NCBI GenBank assembly: GCA_963657885.1
Contig: CAVKNZ010000004.1
Location: 331 to 64,330 of the forward strand
Source of the DNA: Bacteroidaceae bacterium
GTDB taxonomy: Bacteria > Bacillota_I > Bacilli_A > RFN20 > CAG-826
DNA: 64,000 bases
Reading direction: 5' to 3'
A model generated the notes under the pieces. It had not been told where the DNA came from. It worked only from the letters and a program-made list of their open reading frames with translations, and searched no databases. Both the position numbers and the translations under genes were made by a program. Each line of letters begins with the position of its first letter. Within the stretch, counting starts at the first letter, position 1. Shown one piece after another: positions 1-9,226 of this stretch.

Positions 1-2028
1 ATCGTCTATAACGTAGATAAGGTTAAAGAAGCTTTAGAAAATTCTAATGAAGAATATGCAAATTATAAAATACTTAAAAATGCATCATCTTCGATATCTA
101 CGATAAATACAAATGAAGATAAAACAGGCTTCGATGTAACTTTTTCCGCTGATAGTTCTTCAAATTATGGAATGCTTATCAATTCTTCGATAACTCTCAG
201 CGAAGAATACATCATGGTCTCAAAATATGAAAAGCAGATCGATGATAATAGAGATCCTCAATCAGAATTTGAAGAAAAATATGTCACTGGCAAAGCAACC
301 TGGGAAGATGGTGGCAAATTCACCTACCAAATCATAAGCAATATCGGAAGCATCGTCGTCGGCGTTGCCACTGATAATCCAGCTAGCCTTGTCAGCGGAA
401 TCTTTGGTATCTTAGGAACAATCGCTGAACACTTTATGTCAGGAGGAGCAACGGTTCAAGATGTGATGAATCAGCTTCTTGAAACAGATCGTAAAATTGA
501 TGAGTTAAGCGATAAAATCGATAGAAATACTCAACAATTAGCCGATGAGATCGTTCGTGCAGAAGCTCTCGTTGATCAAGCTAATTTAAATACTTTAAAT
601 CTTGGCATCAATGATTTTGCTAATAATAGCGTAGCTAACATCAATACCTTTAACCGCAACCTCGCAGATGAAGTTGGCTTTTATTATCGCGATTATGTTA
701 AATCGAGCCAAGTAGTGAAACTATTGCTTACAAAAGATGAAGATGGCTATCATTCAACACCTTTAGGTGAAATAACTGATTCTTCTGCTTGCAATTTCAC
801 TATCACCATCGGTAATTTTGCAAACGCTAAAGCTCACTTAGAGAAAAACGGCAACATTGTCAAAACTGGCTTTATGGAAGAATTAGAAAAAGATATCGAT
901 GTCGCCATAGATAACAAAACTGATTTACCTGATTATCTCGATTTCGATGATTTGCGCGGTTTTATTGAATCGATGATTTTTGAGCAATTCATGAAACAAT
1001 ATTTCAGCGCTAATCCAACAAAAGCTCAAGAATACCGTAATGTGATGATTGATTATGCTGAACGCATCAATGGAGCTTCAGGAAGAATCTCGATTCTAAG
1101 CACCTATTTATCGCGTCTACAATATATGTTTAATTTTGCAAGCGAAATAAAGTCATCAATATTGACCTTATGCGCCAATTTGATGCAAATATTAGATATG
1201 AATACCGCAAGAGCATCCGAAGCATGTCTATTTGCTAGCTATAACGATGATGAGCTTGCTTCTACTTATAAAAAGGCTAGAGAAAATATTCAAAATTTAT
1301 ATGAAAATGTCACTAAACTACCTGATGCATATTCCTTTACAACTAATGCCGAGCTAACTGGAGGATTTTATAAAGGTAGATATGATTTAAGCTATTCTAA
1401 TCCCGGCAATCACTGCACCTTAAATGTTAATTTCATTTTTGGCCGATTAGAGATGACCGATACAATGTATAACAGATTTATCGAAGATGATCTATCAAAA
1501 CATTATTCTCTCAGTTCAACTCAACACGCCAGAATCGTGACAAGATGGAATCTTCTCCGTTCATTAGGTATGAGCGATGCTGAAAACGACTACATCCATT
1601 ATTTAATGTATTCAGGTGTTATTTCTAAAGTATCTGTCGATGCAGCTTTATGGGCAATACAGTTGCATCAATCTCTTGAATCTGGCTATCGCATCATTAC
1701 CAATGATCGAACCGAAAGAGACTTAACAGTATCAGACACTTCTACTGACCTATTTTGCAATGGTCAAGGCAATCCTGGTGGTGATTATTTCATCCTTTGG
1801 AAAGGATATGGATATCGCGAAATGCACGACAAAGGAAGTTGGTATGGAAGAACTTTTGAAGGTTCATTTATTGACGCCAAAACGGGAACTAGCGCCGGCA
1901 AGCAAGTTGTAACTACATGGGCGCGTTATGCGGAAAGCCATTGGTATTGGTCAAATGATGAATATTGGTCATTCACAAATTATCCAAACAATAACTATTT
2001 CTTCTCCATTGATATCGTTACTGAATAA
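1..2028 (+). CDS. Large protein of unknown function, 5'-truncated by the window edge (hydrophobic hairpin, coiled coil, W/Y-rich C-terminus)
   Basis: Frame 1 is open from nt 1 (IVYNVDKVKEALENSNEEYANYK...) into the listed ATG at 172, so the gene starts outside the window. The stop is at 2026-2028. It contains IISNIGSIVVGVATDNPASLVSGIFGILGTIAEHF followed by the heptad-like DELSDKIDRNTQQLADEIVRAEALVDQ. No family recognised. Confidence 0.6.
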   Translation: MVYNVDKVKEALENSNEEYANYKILKNASSSISTINTNEDKTGFDVTFSADSSSNYGMLINSSITLSEEYIMVSKYEKQIDDNRDPQSEFEEKYVTGKATWEDGGKFTYQIISNIGSIVVGVATDNPASLVSGIFGILGTIAEHFMSGGATVQDVMNQLLETDRKIDELSDKIDRNTQQLADEIVRAEALVDQANLNTLNLGINDFANNSVANINTFNRNLADEVGFYYRDYVKSSQVVKLLLTKDEDGYHSTPLGEITDSSACNFTITIGNFANAKAHLEKNGNIVKTGFMEELEKDIDVAIDNKTDLPDYLDFDDLRGFIESMIFEQFMKQYFSANPTKAQEYRNVMIDYAERINGASGRISILSTYLSRLQYMFNFASEIKSSILTLCANLMQILDMNTARASEACLFASYNDDELASTYKKARENIQNLYENVTKLPDAYSFTTNAELTGGFYKGRYDLSYSNPGNHCTLNVNFIFGRLEMTDTMYNRFIEDDLSKHYSLSSTQHARIVTRWNLLRSLGMSDAENDYIHYLMYSGVISKVSVDAALWAIQLHQSLESGYRIITNDRTERDLTVSDTSTDLFCNGQGNPGGDYFILWKGYGYREMHDKGSWYGRTFEGSFIDAKTGTSAGKQVVTTWARYAESHWYWSNDEYWSFTNYPNNNYFFSIDIVTE

Positions 2029-2428
2029 TAAAAATAATTAAACGTATTTAAATATAGATTAGATAAAATCTTAACTATTAAAACACAGCTATAATAAGTT
2101 GTGTTAAAATCCATTGCGAAAGGCCTCCTTAATTTGTAAACACAACAAAAATTATAGAGAGCCTTTCTTTTTAAAAGTTCAATAACTATGAATTTTGACG
2201 TGGAACATGTTCTCACGTTAGTCCACGATAGATTTCATAGAAATTCACCGTTAATCGATGCTTTGAAACATATCATCAAGAGAGATAAGATGTAAATTTT
2301 TGTTTTTAACATTAAATAGACTATCTTCGAATGAATAAGATATAAAAACATCTAAAAATTAGTAAATTTAAGGTCCGATTCTAAAAGAAGATCAATACAT
2401 GTAGGAAAAAATATTGTTAACAATAACC

Positions 2429-2806
2429 TTACCTATTGAAGTCACATTTCTTGCATTGAATCATGATGTTTTCACTATCATCACGTTTAAAGATGCCTGA
2501 CCATTTGCAAATGCTTTGTAAAATTGGAACAACCGATTTACCTCTTTCGCTTAAGCTATATTCCACATGCGGAGGTATTTCGTTATATTGCTTTCTTTCC
2601 ACAAGCCCATCTTCGATTAATTCTTTAAGTGTTGCTGATAAAACGGCATCAGTGACATTAAGCATTTCTTTTCGAATAGAGCTATAACGTAGAGTACCTT
2701 TTTCATTTAATACGCAGATGACGCGCGATTTCCATTTGCCTCCAAATAGTTCTAGCCCATGTTCTAATGGACATCTAATATCATCTTCTAGTTTTTTCTT
2801 ATGCAT
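2429..2806 (-). CDS. HxlR-family winged-helix transcriptional regulator
   Basis: The ORF track gives 2429..2827. The internal ATG (MHKKKLEDD) has AAGGAG 7 nt upstream, so I set the start to 2806. CPLEHGLELFGGKWKSRVICVL ... PPHVEYSLSERG is the HxlR signature. Confidence 0.85.
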   Translation of the reverse strand: MHKKKLEDDIRCPLEHGLELFGGKWKSRVICVLNEKGTLRYSSIRKEMLNVTDAVLSATLKELIEDGLVERKQYNEIPPHVEYSLSERGKSVVPILQSICKWSGIFKRDDSENIMIQCKKCDFNR

Positions 2807-2929
2807 CGCTATTCTCCTTACTATCAAATTTAATAGTAACTAATAAATTTCTTGATATCTTACATTTCTTTAGTGATGTATCTATAATAGGCTCGCATTG
2901 ATAAAAATGCAAAAGGAGAAAAAGAAAAA

Positions 2930-3220
2930 ATGAAAGTAAAAGCTTATTTAGAAATCACGATGAAAATCAATCCTGAGAATCGTCCTGCCGCGGCGAAAGT
3001 CTATTTTGACTATCGCGAACCATTCTTAAAAACGATTGAAGGTGCCTTAACTAAAGAGCTCCTCATTCGCGATGAAGATGTTCAAGTGCTTCATGGATTT
3101 GATTCCTTAGAACACGCGAAAGCATATTTAAATACCGATATGTTTAAAAACGACGTCTTCGTGGGATTAAAGCCAACATGGGCAGCTGATCCTGATGTTC
3201 GTTTCTACGAAGTTGCTTAA
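2930..3220 (+). CDS. Small cytosolic protein, unknown function (divergent partner of the HxlR gene)
   Basis: 96-aa ORF with AAAGGAGAAAAAG upstream of the ATG and a terminator downstream. Family not recognised. Confidence 0.6.
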   Translation: MKVKAYLEITMKINPENRPAAAKVYFDYREPFLKTIEGALTKELLIRDEDVQVLHGFDSLEHAKAYLNTDMFKNDVFVGLKPTWAADPDVRFYEVA

Positions 3221-3240
3221 TTAAGAATTATTAAACAATT

Positions 3241-3275
3241 AAAGCTCATCAACTAAACTTGATGGGCTTTTTTAA
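3241..3275 (+). terminator. Rho-independent terminator
   Basis: AAAGCTCATCAA / TTGATGGGCTTT stem (one G-U pair) followed by a T-run, 20 nt after the 96-aa ORF stop. Confidence 0.75.
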
Positions 3276-3406
3276 AGCGTTATAAAGAATGTATTTTCAT
3301 GTTGATAAGCGAAAATAGTTGTGCTAAAAAGTTAATACGGTTTGAGACGCACCCGTATGCAAAGGCTATTTGTGTACTGGTGCCTTTTTTCAAACAGGGA
3401 CAAGAT

Positions 3407-4738
3407 ATGGGGAAAAAGCAATTATTCAAGACATTTATTAAATATGTATCATTAAGCATTTTAGGGCAAATAGCTTTATCAAGCTACACCCTTATGGATA
3501 CCTTTTTTGTCTCGGTAAAATTAGGGGCCGATGGACTAGCCGCATTAAATATCGCTTTTCCAATATTTTGTATTATCAATGGACTTGGACTATTGATTGG
3601 CATGGGTGGCGGAGTTAGATATTCTATCTACAAGGCACGAAGCGAACAAGATAAAGCTAATCAAGTATTTACTGCTTCTATAATTATAGCCATCCTATTA
3701 TCAATAATATTTGTCTTATCAGGACTATTTTTATCTCGATATATCGTTATATTTTTAGGCGCGGATGAAAGCATAATTGAAATGACGAATACTTACGCCA
3801 AAGTGATGCTTTTATTCACTCCTGCTTTTTTCTTCAATAATCTATTTCAATGCTTTATTCGAAATGATGGAAAACCATCATTATCAATGACGGCAATGAT
3901 AACAGGAAGCTTATCAAATATATTGCTCGATTATATTTTCATCTTCCCTTTAAATATGGGTATATTTGGAGCTATTTTAGCCACTGGTTTAGCCCCAATC
4001 ATATCTCTATTAGTTCAATCACCATATATAATTTGTCGAAAAAATAATTTTCATATTGCTAAGATGAAAATAAATTTATCATTTTCAAAAGAAATCTTTG
4101 TCAGCGGTTTTTCGCCATTTCTAACCGAATTTAGCTCCGGCATCGTCATGTTTTTGTTCAATTTTATCATCTTAAAAATATCAGGAAATATCGGCGTTTC
4201 CGCCTTTGGCATTATCACAGTTGTTTCTTTAGTGACAATTGCCATCTTTACTGGATTAAGCCAAGGAGTTCAACCAATAATGGCGAAAAATTACGGCGAA
4301 GGAAAAAATGATGATGTTAAATGTCTTTTAAGATATTCATTGATTACATCGCTATTATTATCAACAGCGATTTACTTATTCATCTTTTTTGGAAATAGCT
4401 TTATTGCTTCCATTTTTAATAGCGAAGGAAATGAAACACTTCAATCTTTAGCGGAAAGCGGATTAAGGATTTATTTTATAGCCGTCTTCTTTATTGGCAT
4501 CAACATAGTATTAAATACCTATTTTATTTCCATAGAGAAGCCTATTTTTGCTCAAATCATTTCTTTATCTCGAGGTTTTATCATTCTTATCCCGATGGCT
4601 TTTTTATTATCATATTTATTCAATATGACAGGTGTATATGCATCCTATCCCGTTACAGAAGCAATAGTTTGCATAATAGGAATATCGCTATATCTAATTA
4701 ATGTTCGAAATAAAGAAAAGCTTAAAACTACTTTGTAA
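3407..4738 (+). CDS. MATE-family efflux transporter
   Basis: The ORF track gives 3299..4738. The first 36 codons look like leader sequence, and MGKKQLFKTFIKYVSLSILGQ at 3407 is a typical MATE N-terminus. It is a polytopic hydrophobic protein with the two-halves MatE layout. Confidence 0.8.
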   Translation: MGKKQLFKTFIKYVSLSILGQIALSSYTLMDTFFVSVKLGADGLAALNIAFPIFCIINGLGLLIGMGGGVRYSIYKARSEQDKANQVFTASIIIAILLSIIFVLSGLFLSRYIVIFLGADESIIEMTNTYAKVMLLFTPAFFFNNLFQCFIRNDGKPSLSMTAMITGSLSNILLDYIFIFPLNMGIFGAILATGLAPIISLLVQSPYIICRKNNFHIAKMKINLSFSKEIFVSGFSPFLTEFSSGIVMFLFNFIILKISGNIGVSAFGIITVVSLVTIAIFTGLSQGVQPIMAKNYGEGKNDDVKCLLRYSLITSLLLSTAIYLFIFFGNSFIASIFNSEGNETLQSLAESGLRIYFIAVFFIGINIVLNTYFISIEKPIFAQIISLSRGFIILIPMAFLLSYLFNMTGVYASYPVTEAIVCIIGISLYLINVRNKEKLKTTL

Positions 4739-4769
4739 TAGCTATGATTTGTTTTTTATGGCGACTTAA

Positions 4770-6344
4770 CTATATGAAACGATATTTACTTTGCCCGATT
4801 CCTTTAACACTTTGTAGCACTCCAAGACTTTTGAGCTTGTCGATATAATTTGTCGCTGTGTTAGGTGAGACTTTAAGTGCATTTTTAATATCCTTAGGTG
4901 AAAATATACTATCTTGAAAAGAAACAAAGATTTTATCTAAATTATTTTTAACATTCATAGAGTTTTCACTGAGCGAAATTGCTGATTGTATTTTTACTTT
5001 TCTATCATCAACATTCGCATTTTTAGATGGTGTTTCTCCACTTTTATTCATTAGGCGATTATATTCATCATTGCTGGGAATAACTACTGATGTAATGTTT
5101 ACTTTTTCATCGAATAATTTGTAATAAAGCATTTTGTTACCATTATCTAGACAAGCCTTTTTTGCTTCACCGACTCCAGTGCCATAACTTTCGATGATTC
5201 CGAGTTCTTTAAACATATCCCTAATTTCCGGATTGACAGAATCTCTTTCTTTAAAAATACTTCGATTGTTAAGATCTTCTAAAGTAATTGGAGGAAGAGG
5301 TCTATTATAGTTGATGATATTTATTTCATCGTTAGTGACATAAACTTGAACGGTTTTCCCTTCCTCGTAATTTTTATGGACTACGGCATTAGCCAATAGT
5401 TCTTCAATGGCTTTAAATGGAAAATTGCTAATCTTTTTGTTGATAGCAACATTATCTTCTCGAACAGTGATAGTTCGAATAAACGTATCTTCGATATAGC
5501 GTAACGCCATAAAATATTGCTTCCAAATTGGACCTTTAAAATCTTTGGCTTCCATGCGCGATTTACTGCCCAATGTATCAGTTATTATTTCAACATAAGA
5601 ATAAGGAATATATGCGTCTGGTCTTTTAGCAAACATTAAAACAGCAAAATTACTTACCCGTGAGGTCGTTGATTCGTTTTTAGCAAAAAGATTGAGCATC
5701 GTCGCAATTTCTTGCTTTGTAAGAGTGTCAGAGAGACTTCGATTACTTGTTGCTTTTAAGTATTCTCTCATATAATCATAATCGAGATCGTCAAGCGTAG
5801 CGTTAACGCTCACGTCAGTTGAGAAATGGTAATTTGAAAACTTTCTAAGCAAATCATATTCCTCAACTATGGATGCAAGTCTAGATTCGCTTCCTATCCT
5901 TACATATCTACCTGGCTTAAGAGAAAATCTTTTATCATGAATGACTTTATCTGAAACTGAATAAGGCCCATTATTTTGCTTCTCCATAACGATAAGCAAA
6001 TAAAACTTTTCGTTGAATTTGTTAGTTAAAACATCAAATTTGGCATTAGGATAAATGTAAGGTCTTAAAGAATTAATTTTGTTTTTAGCTTTTTCTAAAT
6101 GAGCTTCTTCTATACCTTTTATAGGCAGATTTGGTATTGATTTTTCAACTTCGTTATTGACTTCTTCAACGCCGATAAAAATAAAAGAGTATTCATTGTC
6201 ACGATAATTATTCGCATACGCGCAAAGAGTTTTTAATATTTTGTCCAATTGTTCTTCACTACTTTTATATTCAATGTGTGAACATTCAGCTTTTCGACTA
6301 ACTAAATATTCATTTGCTTCATTTTTATAGAAATCTATCCTCAT
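4770..6344 (-). CDS. COG2865-type protein: AlbA_2/Schlafen-like N-domain + HATPase_c_4-like domain + C-terminal wHTH
   Basis: The listed ORF starts at TTG 6365. The ATG at 6344 (MRIDFYKNE) has a perfect GGAGGAG 5 nt upstream. Motifs: ECSHIEYKSS...FIFIGVEE (AlbA_2 box), LANAVVHKNYEEG...INIINYNRPLPP, and the C-terminal wHTH PKDIKNALKVSPNTATNYIDKLKSLGVLQSVKG. Confidence 0.8.
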   Translation of the reverse strand: MRIDFYKNEANEYLVSRKAECSHIEYKSSEEQLDKILKTLCAYANNYRDNEYSFIFIGVEEVNNEVEKSIPNLPIKGIEEAHLEKAKNKINSLRPYIYPNAKFDVLTNKFNEKFYLLIVMEKQNNGPYSVSDKVIHDKRFSLKPGRYVRIGSESRLASIVEEYDLLRKFSNYHFSTDVSVNATLDDLDYDYMREYLKATSNRSLSDTLTKQEIATMLNLFAKNESTTSRVSNFAVLMFAKRPDAYIPYSYVEIITDTLGSKSRMEAKDFKGPIWKQYFMALRYIEDTFIRTITVREDNVAINKKISNFPFKAIEELLANAVVHKNYEEGKTVQVYVTNDEINIINYNRPLPPITLEDLNNRSIFKERDSVNPEIRDMFKELGIIESYGTGVGEAKKACLDNGNKMLYYKLFDEKVNITSVVIPSNDEYNRLMNKSGETPSKNANVDDRKVKIQSAISLSENSMNVKNNLDKIFVSFQDSIFSPKDIKNALKVSPNTATNYIDKLKSLGVLQSVKGIGQSKYRFI

Positions 6345-6355
6345 ATATTCTCCTC

Positions 6356-6540
6356 CAGTTCGCAATTTTATTTTATATCAGTTCGCAATTTTTTTCAACA
6401 GTTCGCAATTTTTGCTTATTCAATTATAATAATTGGCTAAATATCGAAACTATTTGAACTTTATTCTCTCGTTAAAAAGGGCAAAACAAGAAAAATTAGC
6501 TATTCAGTTCGCAATTTTTAGCTAACCAGTTCGCAATTTT
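6356..6540. repeat. Five exact copies of CAGTTCGCAATTTT (AAAATTGCGAACTG in gene orientation)
   Basis: Copies start at about 6356, 6379, 6399, 6505 and 6527, all in the 5' region of the COG2865-type gene. Confidence 0.9.
6370..6398 (-). promoter_or_regulatory. Putative sigma-70-type promoter TTGAAA-N17-TAAAAT overlapped by repeat copies
   Basis: On the minus strand, TTGAAA lies at 6398-6393 and TAAAAT at 6375-6370, with a 17-nt spacer that is itself one copy of the 14-mer. Another copy sits between the predicted TSS and the RBS. Confidence 0.5.
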
Positions 6541-6574
6541 AAAAAACATCATTAAAAATAAAATCGAGGTATTT

Positions 6575-6627
6575 GTAGAAAACCAAAGAAAAGAAGTGAT
6601 GAACTCCGTGAGGAATTACACCACTTC
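6575..6627 (-). terminator. Rho-independent terminator of the TasA-like gene
   Basis: On the minus strand, a GAAGTGGTG...CATCACTTC stem is followed by TTTTCTTTGGTTTTC, about 70 nt after the stop at 6698. Confidence 0.7.
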
Positions 6628-6697
6628 AGATTTCATAGTTTTTAAGATATTTTTTCGTGACTCATAGTTAATCAACGATATAATTTATTGAATTATT

Positions 6698-7936
6698 TTA
6701 AATGGTAGTACTTTTTACAACTCTGTACCAAGTTTCTCCATCAATTAATTCTTCTTTAGCTTCATAGCCATCGGCGATTTTAATGCCAATACCAGTCTCG
6801 CTATTATATTCATCTTGGCGTTGCCAACCTTCTGTTGGTCTTAATGGCTTATTGTATAAACCGCCTTTGATGATGATAGTTCCGCCACCACCTTGAGTTG
6901 GACCATCGCCTACAGGTTGATTAGAGATATTGAAAAGTTCACCGTTAGGGTTCGACATGAAGATTCCACCATTGATGGTGATTGTGCAATCGTTATTCGC
7001 GTAAATTAATTCGCATCCATTTAAACCATCCCTATTGTCATAAGTTCCACTATCAACAACGATATTCGCACCGTATTGGGCCCATATCGCCATTTGATTG
7101 CTAACTACAGTCGCTTTTCCAGAAATAGTGATTGTCTTTGCCATATTAGGGTATTCTTTGTTGCTAAAGTGGAAGGCTGCTAAATCTTTGCCAACAGTTC
7201 CAAAACAGTCGACATCCGCAGTAAAGTCTTCGGAAACAACAAGTTCGCTCGCCCCACTTTCGATAGCGGTTTGAATGCTTTCGACAGAAGTAACATTAGA
7301 TGGATTAGCAGTATAGGCATTGCCTTGGACAGCTTCAACTGCAAATATTAATTTGCAAGATTTACCTTGATAGGCATTTCCTTTAGTAGATGGAAGTGAA
7401 ACTTCACATTCGAGATTTATCGCTTCGCTATTGACCGCTAAAGCCTCCCAATCACTTATAGCAACATCAGTATATTCGCCAATTTTTAGTTCTAGGCCAC
7501 TATATAATCCAGTATCATCTGATAAAGAAACTTTTGTTCGATATTTAACGCTTACGGTGCTCTTATTTTCTACTTTAATGGTAAAAGTAACTTTATCGCC
7601 TGGAGTCATGTACTCAAGAGTGAGAGTGTTATCAGTTAAAGAAGCTGTTCCACCATTTTTAAATTCGCCATTTTCTAAACTGTATTCAGTTGACTTTTTA
7701 ATCTTTGTAGCATCAGTTGTAGCATCACCAGTTAAATCATCGCCAGTATAAGTTGTGAAGTCGCTAATTGTCGCAGTAACATCAACTGTACCACTTGTAA
7801 CTGCAATGTTGGTCTTGCTTTCGCTGGTGAATAAAGCATACGTTGCACCAGCCATAACTGAACCCGCTACTGCAATAGAGGCAAGTGAAGCGAGAATAAT
7901 ACTACCTTTTTGTTTGTTGTTCATATTGTTTGTCAT
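6698..7936 (-). CDS. Secreted protein with TasA/camelysin-type (SipW-cognate) signal peptide and beta-helix-like C-terminal half
   Basis: The N-terminus KQKGSIILASLASIAVAGSVMAGATYALFTSES matches the K-rich/hydrophobic/A-T-Y-A-x-F-T-[DS] pattern of TasA-class signals. The C-terminal half has G/N/T-rich repeats (TITINGGIF, GGGGTIIIKGG). Confidence 0.65.
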   Translation of the reverse strand: MTNNMNNKQKGSIILASLASIAVAGSVMAGATYALFTSESKTNIAVTSGTVDVTATISDFTTYTGDDLTGDATTDATKIKKSTEYSLENGEFKNGGTASLTDNTLTLEYMTPGDKVTFTIKVENKSTVSVKYRTKVSLSDDTGLYSGLELKIGEYTDVAISDWEALAVNSEAINLECEVSLPSTKGNAYQGKSCKLIFAVEAVQGNAYTANPSNVTSVESIQTAIESGASELVVSEDFTADVDCFGTVGKDLAAFHFSNKEYPNMAKTITISGKATVVSNQMAIWAQYGANIVVDSGTYDNRDGLNGCELIYANNDCTITINGGIFMSNPNGELFNISNQPVGDGPTQGGGGTIIIKGGLYNKPLRPTEGWQRQDEYNSETGIGIKIADGYEAKEELIDGETWYRVVKSTTI

Positions 7937-8169
7937 CCTTTCGAAGGAACATAAAGAAGGGAAATCGGAGGGAATTCTACTAATATGAATTATTAAAATT
8001 CAATTGTGTCTTTCCTTCTTTCCTGCAATTATTGTAAAAATAATTTTAAAAATAACAAGCGGATTTTTTAGAAGACTTAGCTATTGCTTATCTATTTTAT
8101 AGATTAGAGCATATAAATGTGCTGATAAAATCAGCGGATTTCTTCTTAGATACATAAAAATCTACGCAA

Positions 8170-8955
8170 TTAAAAGCTTAAAAGAATATTTGGATTTTGC
8201 TCAATTTGCCATTCCACATAAATATGGCCAACCTAGAACTTTCGTACTTAGAATCTCCACTTCCTATCATCAAACCAGCCTGAATAAAGTGATATAAAGG
8301 TCCGATAAAATCAATTAAAACCTATGTACTTTCCTAAAACGCGAATTATTTTCGAAACTTTTTTTAATGTGCTCGCCATAAGTATTTAGACAAGCTTTTT
8401 CACTTAATTTTGATACACCAGTTACTAAGAAAAACGAATGGCTTGAATCCACGCCAGTAGCAACACAGATTTTATTTTGAGATATGCCTCTTAGCTTTTT
8501 ACCATCTTTCTTTTTGATATCTTTATTAATGACAGAAAAGAAGCATTCATCGATATAAACCGTGCCTTTCAAAAGAATGTTATCTTGAATGTTTTTCAAA
8601 ACTAGAAATATCTTTTTAAGCCAATATCTTCCGGTAGATTCGGCATTTCTATTGTCAAAAGCTGAAAACGAATGGAATGAAACTCGAATAAATGAAGCAA
8701 ATATTCTATCCATTCTGAAATAGGTATTTTCTTCGAATCAAAGATGGTTCCTGTCAATATGTTAAATCGCCTATTACACGAATTGCATTTGAATCTTTGC
8801 AAGCCTTCTTTACTATGACCATTCTTACTAATTTGATTTGATCCGCAGAAGGGGCAAGTTTCTACATTGACGCCATTGATAAACGCGAGTTCTTGATTGC
8901 TTAAAATTCTATGTTTTGCCTGATACCATTCTAAGACAGTCGATTCAACAAACAA
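8170..8955 (-). mobile_element. IS1595-family transposase remnant (frameshifted, truncated)
   Basis: ORF 8602..8955 has the N-terminal zinc ribbon CPFCGSNQISKNG...FKCNSCNRRF. ORF 8315..8713, in another frame, has the DDE region VYIDECFF...ICVATGVD. A third frame at about 8170-8310 keeps a C-terminal-like LYHFIQAGL...LAIFMWN. There are at least 2 frameshifts and no clear terminal inverted repeats. Confidence 0.7.
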
Positions 8956-9226
8956 CTCTTCGTTTGTTTTATTCTATTCTTCCTTATGAGACCAAGAAAA
9001 CTTCCTCAAAGGAAGAGATATTTTTCTCTTAACTTTCATATGTGGTAGTCCGAACTTTCAGAGACCAACATTGGGACTACCACGTACCAAAACAATGTTA
9101 ATCTCTGGAAGCTCTTTTGATGTTCTCCTTCCAATGAGCATTAACATTATAACACTTCAAAAATTTATCACCCATTTGCAAATGACGTTTTTAAATAAAT
9201 ATCATTAATAACTTCTTAGTCAATAT

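Noticed and set aside
6356-6540. Repeat arrays at 6356-6540, 26524-26592 and 51599-51680 as CRISPR arrays
   Set aside because: The repeats are only 14-23 nt, and spacing is irregular or head-to-tail with no unique spacers of 26-40 nt. There are only 3-5 copies and no cas genes anywhere in the window. All three arrays sit in promoter regions of specific genes.
8315-8955. Two separate small genes at 8315..8713 and 8602..8955
   Set aside because: Together they reconstitute the zinc-ribbon and DDE parts of a single IS1595-type transposase in different frames. They were therefore called as one frameshifted remnant.
9042-9083. Hairpin GTGGTAGTCC...GGACTACCAC as the terminator of the trio operon
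   Set aside because: There is no U-tract after the stem on either strand, and the loop is 22 nt. It is kept only as an unexplained structure.
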